Shown in pieces: positions 9,103 to 20,700 of a stretch of DNA of 64,000 bases; the stretch's first letter is position 1; each line of letters opens with the position of its first letter. The DNA comes from a virus (Duplodnaviria > Caudoviricetes): positions 1 to 64,000 of the IMG/VR virus record IMGVR_UViG_2799112742_000018. One strand, given 5' to 3'. The position numbers and the translations under genes are program-made. The notes beneath the pieces were generated by a model. It had not been told where the DNA came from. It did no database searches and worked only from the letters and a program-made list of their open reading frames with translations.

Positions 9103-12100
9103 TTAATAATCCTTGATGTCTAAGAACATATCGCATTTATCACCCAGTATCTTCTTAGGTGATGGATAATAGTAACTGGCAAGTCTGTGTTGGGTATTTC
9201 TTATCTCTTTACCCAGCCAGTAGCGATAACATTTATCTTTCTTTGTGCATCGTTCCTGAGAACAATGAACTAAATCATGAAAATATGTCGGCATAATAGG
9301 TTTTGTATTTATCAGGATGAACATCTATATCCTTTAGAATGTATTCAGCTTCTCCCTTGAGATACCAACAAGCATGAAACTTGTCAGTTACGGAGAATAT
9401 AACTTTAGATATATCGCTGGCTGGGGTTGTTATAATTGAAGCAACTGGTGTATTTTCGCGGTATCCCTGGAATGATATGTATTTTCTCTTAAACCATTTC
9501 CAGAAATAGAAATAATACCTGTCTTCAGTCTCTATGGGTTGTCCCTTGATGTTATAAGCGATAACACGTTTCTCGTGCTTGATACGTATTTTCATATTCT
9601 TTCCTCCTTGTCTGTTATGTTTGAATTATTATAGGTGGTATCGGTGCAATTCTCTTGCCTCTTATTCTCAATTACCACCAGAGCTTTCGGTATTGCGCAA
9701 GCAACCAAAAACAAAACTACCACCAATCCAGCCCAATGCCAGAAATTAGTGAAGAAAAACTCACAGAGATACGTTATTATTTCCATATTATTTACTGTTT
9801 TTATGTTTAACTTTCCAGCGTTTCCAACATCCGATTACAATCATTATCAGTAACATTATTTCAAGCAATATTAATGATATGATTAGTAACTGGTAGAATA
9901 TACACGCTATGATATGTGGAGTATCCATATTATTACTTGATTGAATTTATACCATACATTTCATCCATCTTCTTCCTACGTTCCTCTTGGGAGATATACT
10001 GAATGTTGATGTTGAACTCCTCTATCATCTTCTCAGCAACTTCACGAGCGATTTGATACTTCAGATTTTCAACACTTGAACAGCATCCAGATTTAACCTG
10101 ATGGTTCTCAAACAGATACTCGTCAAGCTCATCATCGAAATCACCCTCGTAAGTCTTACTTTCGTATTTTTCACAATCTCGCCAATGAGAATAAACTTTG
10201 GCATGAAAAACAGAACACTTACCTAATTGATAATCAGGCTTGAAATATTCACATTTACTACATTGTGCCATATTCTTACTTGTTTTGCATAAATGAAAGT
10301 ATCATTGCCTGCCTTTGCTTGCGCTCCTGTTCATACTGGAGTAGTTGCTCATAGCGGTCTTTTGATATTGTAACTGTATCAGTAATTATTTCAATATCGT
10401 GTACCCAATCATAATGATTAGGCTCATCCTCTATCTTATACCATGTAATTCCACATGATACCTTAGTTTCGAGGACATTGTATATATTTCCAGCGAATAC
10501 TATCTGCATATTTTTATTTATTTACTTTGTTTTTATTCTAATATTATCGGCTTACTTTCTTCCACAATGCCAACTTTCAGTTTTTTGCAGAATGCTATGA
10601 TCTCATCTAATTGCGACAAGAAGAAAACTGTTTCATTTTTTTCTTCCATTACCTTAACTATGCCAACAAATGCCATAGTCTCTGCGCTGTTAGTATTGTT
10701 ATATACCCTCTGCAAAAGTTTGGATGCGGTTTTTATTGCTGTCTGTTCCATAGTTACTCTTCTTTTAATTTTTCTACGAGTGTATCAGCAAGTTTGACAG
10801 CCAAATCTGTAATTTCTTCTACACTGGGGTTAGGATTGACACCTTCTATCAGTGGCGCAGAAAGTAGCCCTTGCATAGCAGCAATAGCCGCCCTTTCCCT
10901 TACATCTTGCCAATGGTCTGAGGTTGATTCTTGCTGTGTTTTCTCTTGCTCAAACTCAATTCTGCTTGCATCATATACAACGTATGGTTTATTTGCCAAT
11001 GACACCTCTGTGATTTCAACAAAGGGGTCTTTTGTTCCGTTTAGTCTTGCTTTCATTCGGATATTATTTTATCTGCGTATTTAATAAATTTACGATTAAC
11101 TTCCCACATATCGTTATAACTAATGTTCGTTATCACCCTTGCAATAAGGGCAGATATGGATGCTAAAAAAACAAACAATAGCATTAATATGAATAAGGGC
11201 AGGCATATAAAATTCTTAATTGCTTTCATATCTACTTCCTTTATAATTTTAAGTCTTGATTATACTTGATATAATAATTATCAGCCTCTTTTTCAAAACA
11301 CAAGTTAGCGTAAGTACATTCCTTACAATTTCTTGTGCATGGCTTATTCAACTCAGGTGTATAACTCATACTCATTCCTCTGGTTTTAATAATCTCATCC
11401 AATACATAGGTGTTATATTATTACCCACCCAAGTACCATAGAAATAATCATAATAAGCCTTTTCAAAATCAAACCCATCCGATACTATTACCACAAGGGA
11501 TTGATGTGAATCTTCGCTTTTTCTTGGAGGTAGCTCATCCTCTGCCTTGTGCCATTGGTTTACTGGGTGAGAGTCAGCCCATTGAGCGCCATGTTTGAAT
11601 GGAATAGTATAATCATCATCAACAAAATCCCACATAGCCTTTGAGGTTTCCTCTGCGGCTTTTATTATTTCTTCTTCTCTATTCATGTCCAAATGATTTA
11701 TATAAGTCCTCAATATAAGCCCATTTTTTCAATCCATAACAAGGATAATCGACTTCGTTAATTAACACCAAGACAAGGGCCATATTATTTGGCATTATTG
11801 CCAAGAAAGTCTTGCCGACTTTAGGTTGTTCAGATGGTTTATGCCATACATTATCAAGATACCAGTCAATAGCATCCAGCTTCATCTGGTTGAGTAGAGA
11901 TTTATGAACACGAGCATAATCCTCTACTTTTGTTTGCATTTCTTTTGTCATAGCTTCTTATTTTCTAATAACCAACATATCATTTCAAAGGCTGCATCCA
12001 TTAGAGTGCTACCCTCAGTACATGGTGCATCGTGACCGCTATAATAGATAGAATTACCTTCTAAATCTATCATAGGTTTCAGATTGTCTATTGGTGACAT

Positions 12101-14534
12101 CAACTCTAACAATGCAGACAAACTCCATGCTGAAATGTCAGTATCTTTATCTTGTGCTTTATAACCTCCTATTCTAAGGTCTGTTCCACACCAGTAAAAC
12201 ATATCTGACGTTTCCCTACTCAGTCCCAACTCAATGAGTTTCTTACTCTGTTCAATTGTAGTACATATCTTTGTCATATTTACCTCCTTTGTTATTGCTA
12301 TTCGTTCTGCCAACCTATTTTGTCAGACCAATACACTTTATGCTCACCATACAAAAGGTTGTATATGTATTTCTGAGCATCGGCAATCTTTTTATTTGCC
12401 TTGCGCGTCTTCTTATCCATTAGCGTACACTTTTTATTCTGAAAGATGATTGCACATGGCTTATACCTTGTATATCAAAGTACGATGCAACCTCCCTCTT
12501 ACGATTACAATGCAGTCTGTCACTTTTTACGTATGGATCTTGCGTGTCTGGGTTGTGACTGAAGTCACATAGACAATACCAACCATTTCTTCGCAAACAT
12601 CTATTGCTATATGGCTTACGATGTTCCTTACCGTAATATATTGCTTTGAATAACATATCTATTCCTTCTTATTTAGAAAATTATCCATTGACAAAGTTAT
12701 ATCTACTGCAACAGGGCTATTTTTCCAAGTCACATCAGAAAATCTTGCTTTCATTTCTCTATTCCAAATTGGGTATCCGTAATCACAATTCTTTACTGCC
12801 CATGATATTTTGCTGTGATTGATTGTCGGCTTGTCATTGAACAGACTAAGACAGCCATTTTTGTTTCTTGCTAACCACATCATACTTATCCCTCCATTGC
12901 TTTTCTGAAACCTTTTATCATTTGATCACTATCAAAATAGAGACTTAAATCATAATCACCATAGTCATCAGCATTTTCTTTTAACCACTTACAAGCCTTG
13001 TCAATCATCTGCTTTCTTGTTTCCTTGATAGCATCTGAGAAAGTAGGTGTACGATGATGTTCTTTGACGAATGGCACAACAAATTCGGATTCCCTCCAAG
13101 CCTCTTGTGGTGTTTGATTATCACAAGCCTTTAGCCTGTTTTGTTCAAAATAGTCAAAGCAATCAAGAATACCTATTCTGTACCAATTTGCTTCTCGGTT
13201 ACTATTATATAGTCGGCTACCATCTTCTCGGTAATAATCTCTATACTCGTATGATGGTATGATTTTATTTCTATCTTCCTTGATTATGTCTTTTACTTCC
13301 ATAGTCTTTTATTTTTTCTTCTCTTTCTATAAAAACAAATAATATAATACCAACAGCCAACTGAATTGCTATATCTGCATCTGGAAGTGCATTAAAGCCA
13401 TTTAATATCCAAGAAGTCATCAAAAGTGCTACTATAAAAAGTATGGCTTTTCCTATTCCGACAAATATTTTTTTCATATCAAACTCCTTTCTTTCAAATG
13501 TAATATCATTTTTACACAAGCATCAATAAGATTTTCTGCTGAATAAGCAATACGTGTTATTCTTCCGAAATCAGCGCCATCCCTGTTTTCTCTAAATCTG
13601 TAATAGCGCACCTCATTAGGCTTAGAAACATCGCCCATCTTTGATATTTCAAGAAAATAACGATTATCAACAATACTTGCTGGTAATATATTAATTAATG
13701 CAGCCAAAGACCAACAAGGAATATCATAATCCTTATCTTGGGCTTTATAACCACCAAATCTAATATCCTCACCACACCAATAATACATATCGGAAGTTTT
13801 GTTGGATAGTATCTCAGCAAGTTTCTTGCTTTGATTTATGTCGGTAAATGCTTTCATATTCTTATTTTTACTGATTATTATAACAATTCATCTGTGAAAT
13901 GTTTTATCTTCACTTCACAACAGCCATCTGGACATTTGAACACACTTTCGTATTCATTACGTTGTCTTGTCTGATAACCCACAAATGGTGGTGACATTGG
14001 TCTTCTGTATAATTCACTATCTCCAAAAGAAAATTCACCATTATGTAACGTCATCCGTTCACCACAAATCGGACATTTTATATCTTCAATGCGAATCTTA
14101 CGTCTGTTCTTCAATATAAGTAATGGTTCCATATCTGTTCCTCCATAAGTTATTTATGTCTGTTTTTCTTACAATACGAAAAACGATGACGTGTTGTTGT
14201 GTCTCTTCCAAGCCCATCACATAACTCGTATGCGCCACATTGTTGACATAATGTAAGCGGAGGGTATTCGGGAGGTAACAAATCGTAATGTTCCATAGTC
14301 TTATTGGTTTAGAAAACGTTGTTGCATATAATACTCTTCCCGAATCCTTGCCTGTCGCATATTCTCGTGGCACTCAACATACCCATGTGTTTGTCCGTTT
14401 TTGAAACCAGCAAGGTAAGCTTCTTCTATCATGTCAAGAACAACCTTATCTTGAGCATCAACATCTACAAGCTTAAACTTGCGCTTGCCATAAGTACGTC
14501 CCAACTTCTTTATATCTTTTGTCTTGTATTTCAT
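9103..14534 (-). other. AT-rich block of ~20 small hypothetical accessory genes
   Basis: Tightly packed minus-strand ORFs of 64-138 aa (e.g. 9275-9595, 9933-10271, 10754-11056, 11372-11713, 11948-12313, 12886-13302, 13474-13857). Confidence 0.7.
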
Positions 14535-14544
14535 ATCGTTTTAG

Positions 14545-14961
14545 TTATTTTCTACAAAAATCAGCAGGAATTTCACCCCAGGCCTTATTGTCCCATTTGA
14601 CAATCTCAACCTCGTCAACATATATTGCACAAGTCCTGAGATAGATTACCGCCTTGTCTATATCTTTATTCTTTTTGTTTGATGATGTAGCCTTATGTTT
14701 AACCCAGGATATAGCAGTTACACTATCAGAGAAAACCCTGGGTGGATCAACCTTATGTTCTATTACATACTTGATACCCTCAACCAGTGCAAGGAACTCG
14801 CCTATATTTATGGTCTGGTTTCCCAAGTCCCGATAGAATATTATCTCTCCAGTCTCAAGATCCACCCCCTGATATTCAGTCTTGCCATTCTTCATTGAGT
14901 GGGCAGCATCAACTGCGATACCTTTATTTAAGCTCACCATAGCCATACATATTTGTTTCAT
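14545..14961 (-). CDS. rnhA: Ribonuclease HI (Bacteroides/Bacillus halodurans type catalytic domain)
   Basis: VDAAHS, TINIGEFLAL, FSDSVTAISWV, WGEIPADF.RK. Confidence 0.85.
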   Translation of the reverse strand: MKQICMAMVSLNKGIAVDAAHSMKNGKTEYQGVDLETGEIIFYRDLGNQTINIGEFLALVEGIKYVIEHKVDPPRVFSDSVTAISWVKHKATSSNKKNKDIDKAVIYLRTCAIYVDEVEIVKWDNKAWGEIPADFCRK

Positions 14962-15628
14962 ATACCAGCTTTGCCTTTCTGAGACATTCCTTTATCCAGT
15001 CCCTATCATCCATAGTGGCAATAAGCTCACCAGAGATCTTCTGACATGTAGATGTATTGTTGTTTATAGTTACATTAGGTTCTGTATGGAAGGACTTTAC
15101 CTTACCCCATATCTGATCGTAAAGGTTGTCCATCATCTTTCGGCAAGCACTGAAATCATACTTGTTATATCCAGTCCTTACATCTACTCCATACGCCTCC
15201 TTGACACTATCCATAGACTTACTGAAGAAGAGATCGGAATACTGAATGAAGTAACCGATAAGCTGAGTCCATCCAAGAAGCTCGTAATAGTTCATTGTGG
15301 CTTTCTTGTAATTGTCCTCAAAGTTCTTCCTCAGTTCTTCTATCTGTTTCTTCAGGTCTTCATAATAATAGTCTGACATAGCGTAGTAGAAACCATTAGA
15401 CATATCTCCAGCCCACTCTTTGTTATGTTTCTCAAACCACTTGTTAATGTCCTTAGCGGTTGTTCTTACAGTGAACTTGAATATGTTCTTATGCTTATGT
15501 AGAACACTATAGAAATCAACCCATACAGAATATGACAAGGCTCCAGACATAGATAGTCTCAGGATTATCTCTCTTGAAAGATGAGTCATCTTCTTCAGGG
15601 CTTGCTGGTCTTTTTCTTTGTTATACAT
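14924..15628 (-). CDS. Hypothetical protein
   Basis: 234 aa ORF in operon. Confidence 0.7.
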   Translation of the reverse strand: MYNKEKDQQALKKMTHLSREIILRLSMSGALSYSVWVDFYSVLHKHKNIFKFTVRTTAKDINKWFEKHNKEWAGDMSNGFYYAMSDYYYEDLKKQIEELRKNFEDNYKKATMNYYELLGWTQLIGYFIQYSDLFFSKSMDSVKEAYGVDVRTGYNKYDFSACRKMMDNLYDQIWGKVKSFHTEPNVTINNNTSTCQKISGELIATMDDRDWIKECLRKAKLVYETNMYGYGELK

Positions 15629-16151
15629 ACTGGGCAGTCATTACGTTAATATTCTTTCTCAAATCCTCAATCACATCACCGATATTTCTTATCTGCTGAG
15701 TAGATATAAGATACTGAACGATTGTATCGAAATCATTATATCTTTTATCCTTGCTTTTGGGATCATAGAATATTGTCTGATTGCCGAAATGTACTTTGAT
15801 CTTAAATGTCTTGGGAAGAAACTCAGGCTCCACCCATCCATCAAACATAAGAGGTGAGGCTGAGACAGCAACATAACCCTTCTTGTGTGACATAGGTATA
15901 AGCTTGCAACTATATACTACTTTCTCTTGTATCTTCTTGGCAAGCTCAGTGTCAAGAACTACAATGAGTTTCTTTAATGGGGAGAGTTCACTTACCCCCC
16001 TCCAGTTATCTCCTACCTTTGAGATGAAGCTTACGATCTGCCCAGTCTGTGAATGTGGGGCGAATTTCAGGTTTGTTGTAATAATTCTTTTGTTCATAAA
16101 AATTGATTGATTGATTTGAAAAATTATAAATCCAATGTATCGACAAGGCAC
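15621..16151 (-). CDS. Hypothetical protein (likely start MNKRII)
   Basis: Operonic ORF. Confidence 0.65.
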   Translation of the reverse strand: MPCRYIGFIIFQINQSIFMNKRIITTNLKFAPHSQTGQIVSFISKVGDNWRGVSELSPLKKLIVVLDTELAKKIQEKVVYSCKLIPMSHKKGYVAVSASPLMFDGWVEPEFLPKTFKIKVHFGNQTIFYDPKSKDKRYNDFDTIVQYLISTQQIRNIGDVIEDLRKNINVMTAQYV

Positions 16152-16525
16152 TCAGAACATAGTCCGTTTGTTCTCTGATATTGCTTGCCAGTTATTCTCT
16201 TCCCACACTTTGTACAGAAGTGCATCGTTCCATTGTTCTTTCCCTGGATACTTGCATTGATTTCATTCTCAGGCATCTTATAGGCTTTTGCCAATGCCTT
16301 CTTAATCTCACTGTAATTATAAGATTTCTTTAATGTCTGGAGATATTCTATTCCCTTTGTCAGTTCATGGTAATCATGCTGGATGAGAATATCCCTTATG
16401 TACTCAGCATTAAGGCATCTGAGAGCATTAAGTTGCTCCACATTAGCCTGGTCAACCCCCATAATGTCGCAGAACTTCTCGATCTGCTGCTGGGTTAGGA
16501 TGTACTTTATTTTTGCAGCCTCCAT
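16124..16525 (-). CDS. Protein with C-terminal C4 zinc finger
   Basis: FCTKCG...GLCSEC; CTATTAT motif at 16590-16596 upstream. Confidence 0.7.
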   Translation of the reverse strand: MEAAKIKYILTQQQIEKFCDIMGVDQANVEQLNALRCLNAEYIRDILIQHDYHELTKGIEYLQTLKKSYNYSEIKKALAKAYKMPENEINASIQGKNNGTMHFCTKCGKRITGKQYQRTNGLCSECLVDTLDL

Positions 16526-16720
16526 AATTTGTGGTTTATTAAATTAAATTGAATATTGTATTTAAGAAATTGAAATTCAAGGTTTATGAATAATAGGGTA
16601 GGGCACAAAACAATTTCGGCAAGACTTTCGTTAAAAAATCTTGCCGAAACAGTTAAAATTGTTAATAAAATAAAAGATGCCCAGTCAGAGGTAACTCCTA
16701 CATATAATAAGAGTTATATT

Positions 16721-17224
16721 TTATTTTCCAAGTATGGCTTTTACAAGTGTAGCAAACATTCCCAGCGTTATTATTACGGCAGCAATTCCGAATATATAAC
16801 CTAAAACCGATCCTTCAGAAGCAAATAAATCAAACCCAACAAAACAAATACCCCCAACAAATTTTAAGATAGGCCATCCAATAACAGCTACAATAATTAT
16901 TATAGGACTTAAAATAGCCCAATCTTTTATTTCTTTTTTTCTTTTTTGTTTTTTTAGCCATTGAAGATATTTTTGATATTTTTCTTTTTCATCAGGCGCA
17001 AGAATGCTCTCTCCTTTCTCCCAAAAAGGACTGCCAATAAGGATTTGTCGATACATCTCATTATATCTCCCTGGCCTTTTATCTGTTTTAAGAAGCCTTA
17101 CAACTTCTGTTTTTTCTATTTTTGACAAATTATTAAATCTCATAATAAAACTTTCATAACTACATCCAAAACGAGACAAATCAGTAGTATGACTTAGCAT
17201 AATAAACCATTTCTCATTCTCCAT
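16721..17224 (-). CDS. AT-rich membrane protein (moron-like)
   Basis: Two C-terminal hydrophobic segments; visibly lower GC than flanks. Confidence 0.65.
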   Translation of the reverse strand: MENEKWFIMLSHTTDLSRFGCSYESFIMRFNNLSKIEKTEVVRLLKTDKRPGRYNEMYRQILIGSPFWEKGESILAPDEKEKYQKYLQWLKKQKRKKEIKDWAILSPIIIIVAVIGWPILKFVGGICFVGFDLFASEGSVLGYIFGIAAVIITLGMFATLVKAILGK

Positions 17225-17252
17225 AAGTTTCTTTATTTAAGTTAATAAATAT

Positions 17253-17300
17253 AGTAGGCAGGGGCGGAGTCGAACCACCCGAACACCATGTATCCTATGG
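17253..17300 (-). other. tRNA 3'-half-like element
   Basis: GGTGG-TTCGACT-CCGCC T arm followed by CCTGCCTA on minus. Confidence 0.45.
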
Positions 17301-17708
17301 CTATATATTGATAATATCCAACTTACACTTGAAATACCCCAACACCTTCAGCAAGGTATCAATAGACAACGCCTTAGAAGTATAAGTCACCTGAATGGTG
17401 CTATTCATATCACTCAGTCTTCTTCTACTCTTGTCAAGCAACTTACCTATCATATCATGCAGATCCTGAGTATTCGTAGCTCTCCATGTCTCACCCATCC
17501 AGTCGGTAATCTCCAGTTGCTTTTCACATGCAGTCAGGTACTCCATCATGTTATGTACTGAGAAATTCCTTTCTGTTGACAAGAGGGAAGCAATGGCATT
17601 TACAGTCAAGTTATTCTCTCTTCTAAGAGTCAGCCTACCCAGTTCATCTCTTAATGTCAGTCTGTGTAAATCTTTCATATTATATAAGTTATAAATGCAA
17701 AGATACAT
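17301..17708 (-). CDS. Tandem HTH (XRE-like) regulator (likely start MKDLHR)
   Basis: LRRENNLTVNAIASL, SIDTLLKVLGYFKCKL; own TATCTTTG promoter at 17698-17705. Confidence 0.6.
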   Translation of the reverse strand: MYLCIYNLYNMKDLHRLTLRDELGRLTLRRENNLTVNAIASLLSTERNFSVHNMMEYLTACEKQLEITDWMGETWRATNTQDLHDMIGKLLDKSRRRLSDMNSTIQVTYTSKALSIDTLLKVLGYFKCKLDIINI

Positions 17709-17730
17709 ATTTTACTATATATCTTTGCAT
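17695..17730. promoter_or_regulatory. 11-bp-arm palindrome containing two TATCTTTG boxes in opposite orientation
   Basis: ATGCAAAGATA-N14-TATCTTTGCAT. Confidence 0.55.
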
Positions 17731-17753
17731 TTTGTCTCACTTTTTAAGATTTA

Positions 17754-20700
17754 TTAATCAACCAGGTCATAGATAAGGTTGATGGCTTTCTTGGCAGACT
17801 TCTTGGTTTCCTTCATATCCTCAGCCTCGGAAGCCTCACGCAGCTCATCCATGATTTCCTCCAGATTATCCACATTGTCCTGATACTCATCGGCCCTGGA
17901 ACTGAACATGAGATTTTCTGGGAGGCTGTCAATCTTGCCATTCTCCTCATCAATCATCATCTCCACATCATCAGCAGCCTTTGATGTCTCAGTTTGCAAG
18001 TCCTCGATCTTCAGGTCATCATTATCAAGCATTGTTTCAAGATACCTGGCTGTCATTCTCAGTTCATTTCTTTGTCTTCTGTTCATTGTTCGTTTTGTTT
18101 TGTTTGTTAATAACTATATAATAAACCCCATTGCCGTATCCGTCCTGGCAATAGTCATATCCGATAGCTCTGAGATCATTCCTTATTTCCCTGAACTGGT
18201 CTGATATAGGTCTTCCCGAAGACATCTCAATCAACCAGTAACCACGCTTTGAACATGGGGAGAGTATCCATTTCTTACTCTTGCAATACTGTCTCAGTTT
18301 ATCTGCTTCACTCATACCTAATCCTCCATCTTTAATTGTTCAAATCAGTAATATCCTTACCATTAACAGGATCATAAATCGCACCAGTATTGCCCCATAT
18401 TCTGAGGAGATTGTCTTCATCGTTACGCAGCCCTCTTCTTTTTATGAAATTGAGACAAGCCCTGATGGATTTATACATGGCAATATAACAAGCGTTATAT
18501 TCCACATAAAATAATGTAGGCTTATTCATCTTCTTCCTCCTCAGTCTCTTTCTCTTCCAGTTCAAGTCCGAAATGATCTGCAAGCTCTTCAATAGAATCT
18601 GAATAAAACATCTCTTCAACCTCGTCAATATCCATATCATCAGTTTGGTCATCCAAGATGTCAATCGCAATACGTTCACCCTCAGAAGAACGCTCAATAA
18701 GTTCTTCCAAGGTCTCATACGCTTGATCTCTGAAGAAAAAGCCTCCTAATGAATGCTTGTTCCAATAAATCTGACTGATTGATATATATGCTGTCATAAT
18801 CTTACCTCCTGTTTTTAATGTTAAACTTATTCTGGCTTCTCATAATAACACACCACTTCATATCCGTCCTTTGTGAGGAACGGCAGCATCTTCAAGCACT
18901 CCTTGAAATAGGTGTTGAGACGGATTTCTATAACCGCATCACGTCTTCTAAACAAGTGGTGCATTCCATCCTCATCTGCAAGATTTGGATCTTTCATCAT
19001 ATTCTTTATATGCTCAACATCATTGAAGAAGCTGTAAAGTTGATGATACCACTGTCCATTCTCCTCATAGGCATAGATAAACACAGCAAGACAGTTACCT
19101 CTTCTTATCTGTATCTCATACTTATTATATAACTGAAGGCCTCGGCTGTCCTTGACCAACTTTCCATCTTTGTACTTAGGCTGCTCGATTTTCATTGTAC
19201 CAAGCTTAACCTCTGAATATTGTATTGCCATAATTGTTATTGTTTTATATTAAATTTTTCTTTTCTTTGAGCATTCGTGACGGAAATTCTCATATATCTC
19301 CTTCAACTGACTCTCCACCCAGTCCATGTCAGCAAGGCAGTCTCTCAATGAAGGCGCTCCGTTCTTCCCCTGTCCATCAAAATCTACCCTTAACATAGTT
19401 TCCTCTTCTGGATCGAAATTATGCCACAAAATATAAAGAGAGTATTCAATCAGATCCACATCGTTCCACATCTGAATATAAAACTCCTGTTCTACATCCT
19501 GACCTTTTGGGCTTGTTGTACTGAGGTAATAGTGGTACCCCTCGCTTTCCTTCTCAGCACTTACGCTCCAGTTGTTGTTATTGCAAACTTTCTGGAGCAA
19601 TTGGTTTACCTTTGCTTTCATATTTAGTTCTCCTTGAAATTATATATAACAACATTCTGTCTCTTCAACAATACGCTGATATTCCTTTACGGCGCTCATG
19701 TCAACTCCTCTGCGAATACACTCAGCCTTAATCATCCCATCTTGCAAGGTTTCATCCATCAGCTCATGGGTATTTAAGTGTATCAAACCGACATCCCAGC
19801 TATTAGCGGAAACACCAGCACTCCATGAGAAAACATCTTTCAAGCCTTCAATCTGCATTGCCAGATCATCGAATGCGTTTTGTACACAGAGATAATCCCC
19901 TGAGACCAACTCATCATCTGCAAATTTTCTTGCACTCTCTTCTGAGAAGAACTCCTTATCATCCTCATGCTTGTCTATTAGATCGCTAAACATTTTGTTT
20001 AACTCTGTGTAAGTCAAATCTTCAACTTTCTTCATAATGTATTCTCCTATATTTTGTTATTGATTAAATTTCGGGTATCTTGTACTCTCTTTAATCATTT
20101 CTTGGAACGGAGCAGGCAAACAATGTTTTTCAACAGTTACCTTATATCCATGCAATTTGTTTGCGACACCCTGTGCTTCTTCCTTTGTCTCGTAGTACCA
20201 AAATCGTTCACAATCATGTAATACTTTAGACCTTTGAAGTCGTATAACATAAGCAAAATAATTGTTTGCCATAATTTAATCCTCCGTTTTTTCAATTCGC
20301 AAAATAATTTGAATTTTCATCACACTCGATTTCATCCTCTATGAGATCGAAATTAATGCTATCGCAAACATATTTAAGACTACATCCAGTACAATGATTG
20401 TGGTAACTTGCTGAAGCTGCGGTTAAGGTATGCCGAACATCATTATAAATAATATCCTTTGCCATAACTAATCCTCCTCTCTGTTCACAAAAAACAACCA
20501 AGAAAACTCAGTTGAAATCCTATCATTGTTCACCATGTTGGAAAACTCTTCAAGAGTTAATACGCTTGCATCTCCATCGTCAAAAGTCGAGGCTGTCCAG
20601 GCAAGGTCAAAAAGTTCCTCACTGCTCATCTTCTTTAGCTCATCCAACTGAGGATAAGTATCAATGCTGAATAATAATGCGTAAGTTTTCATATCTAATC

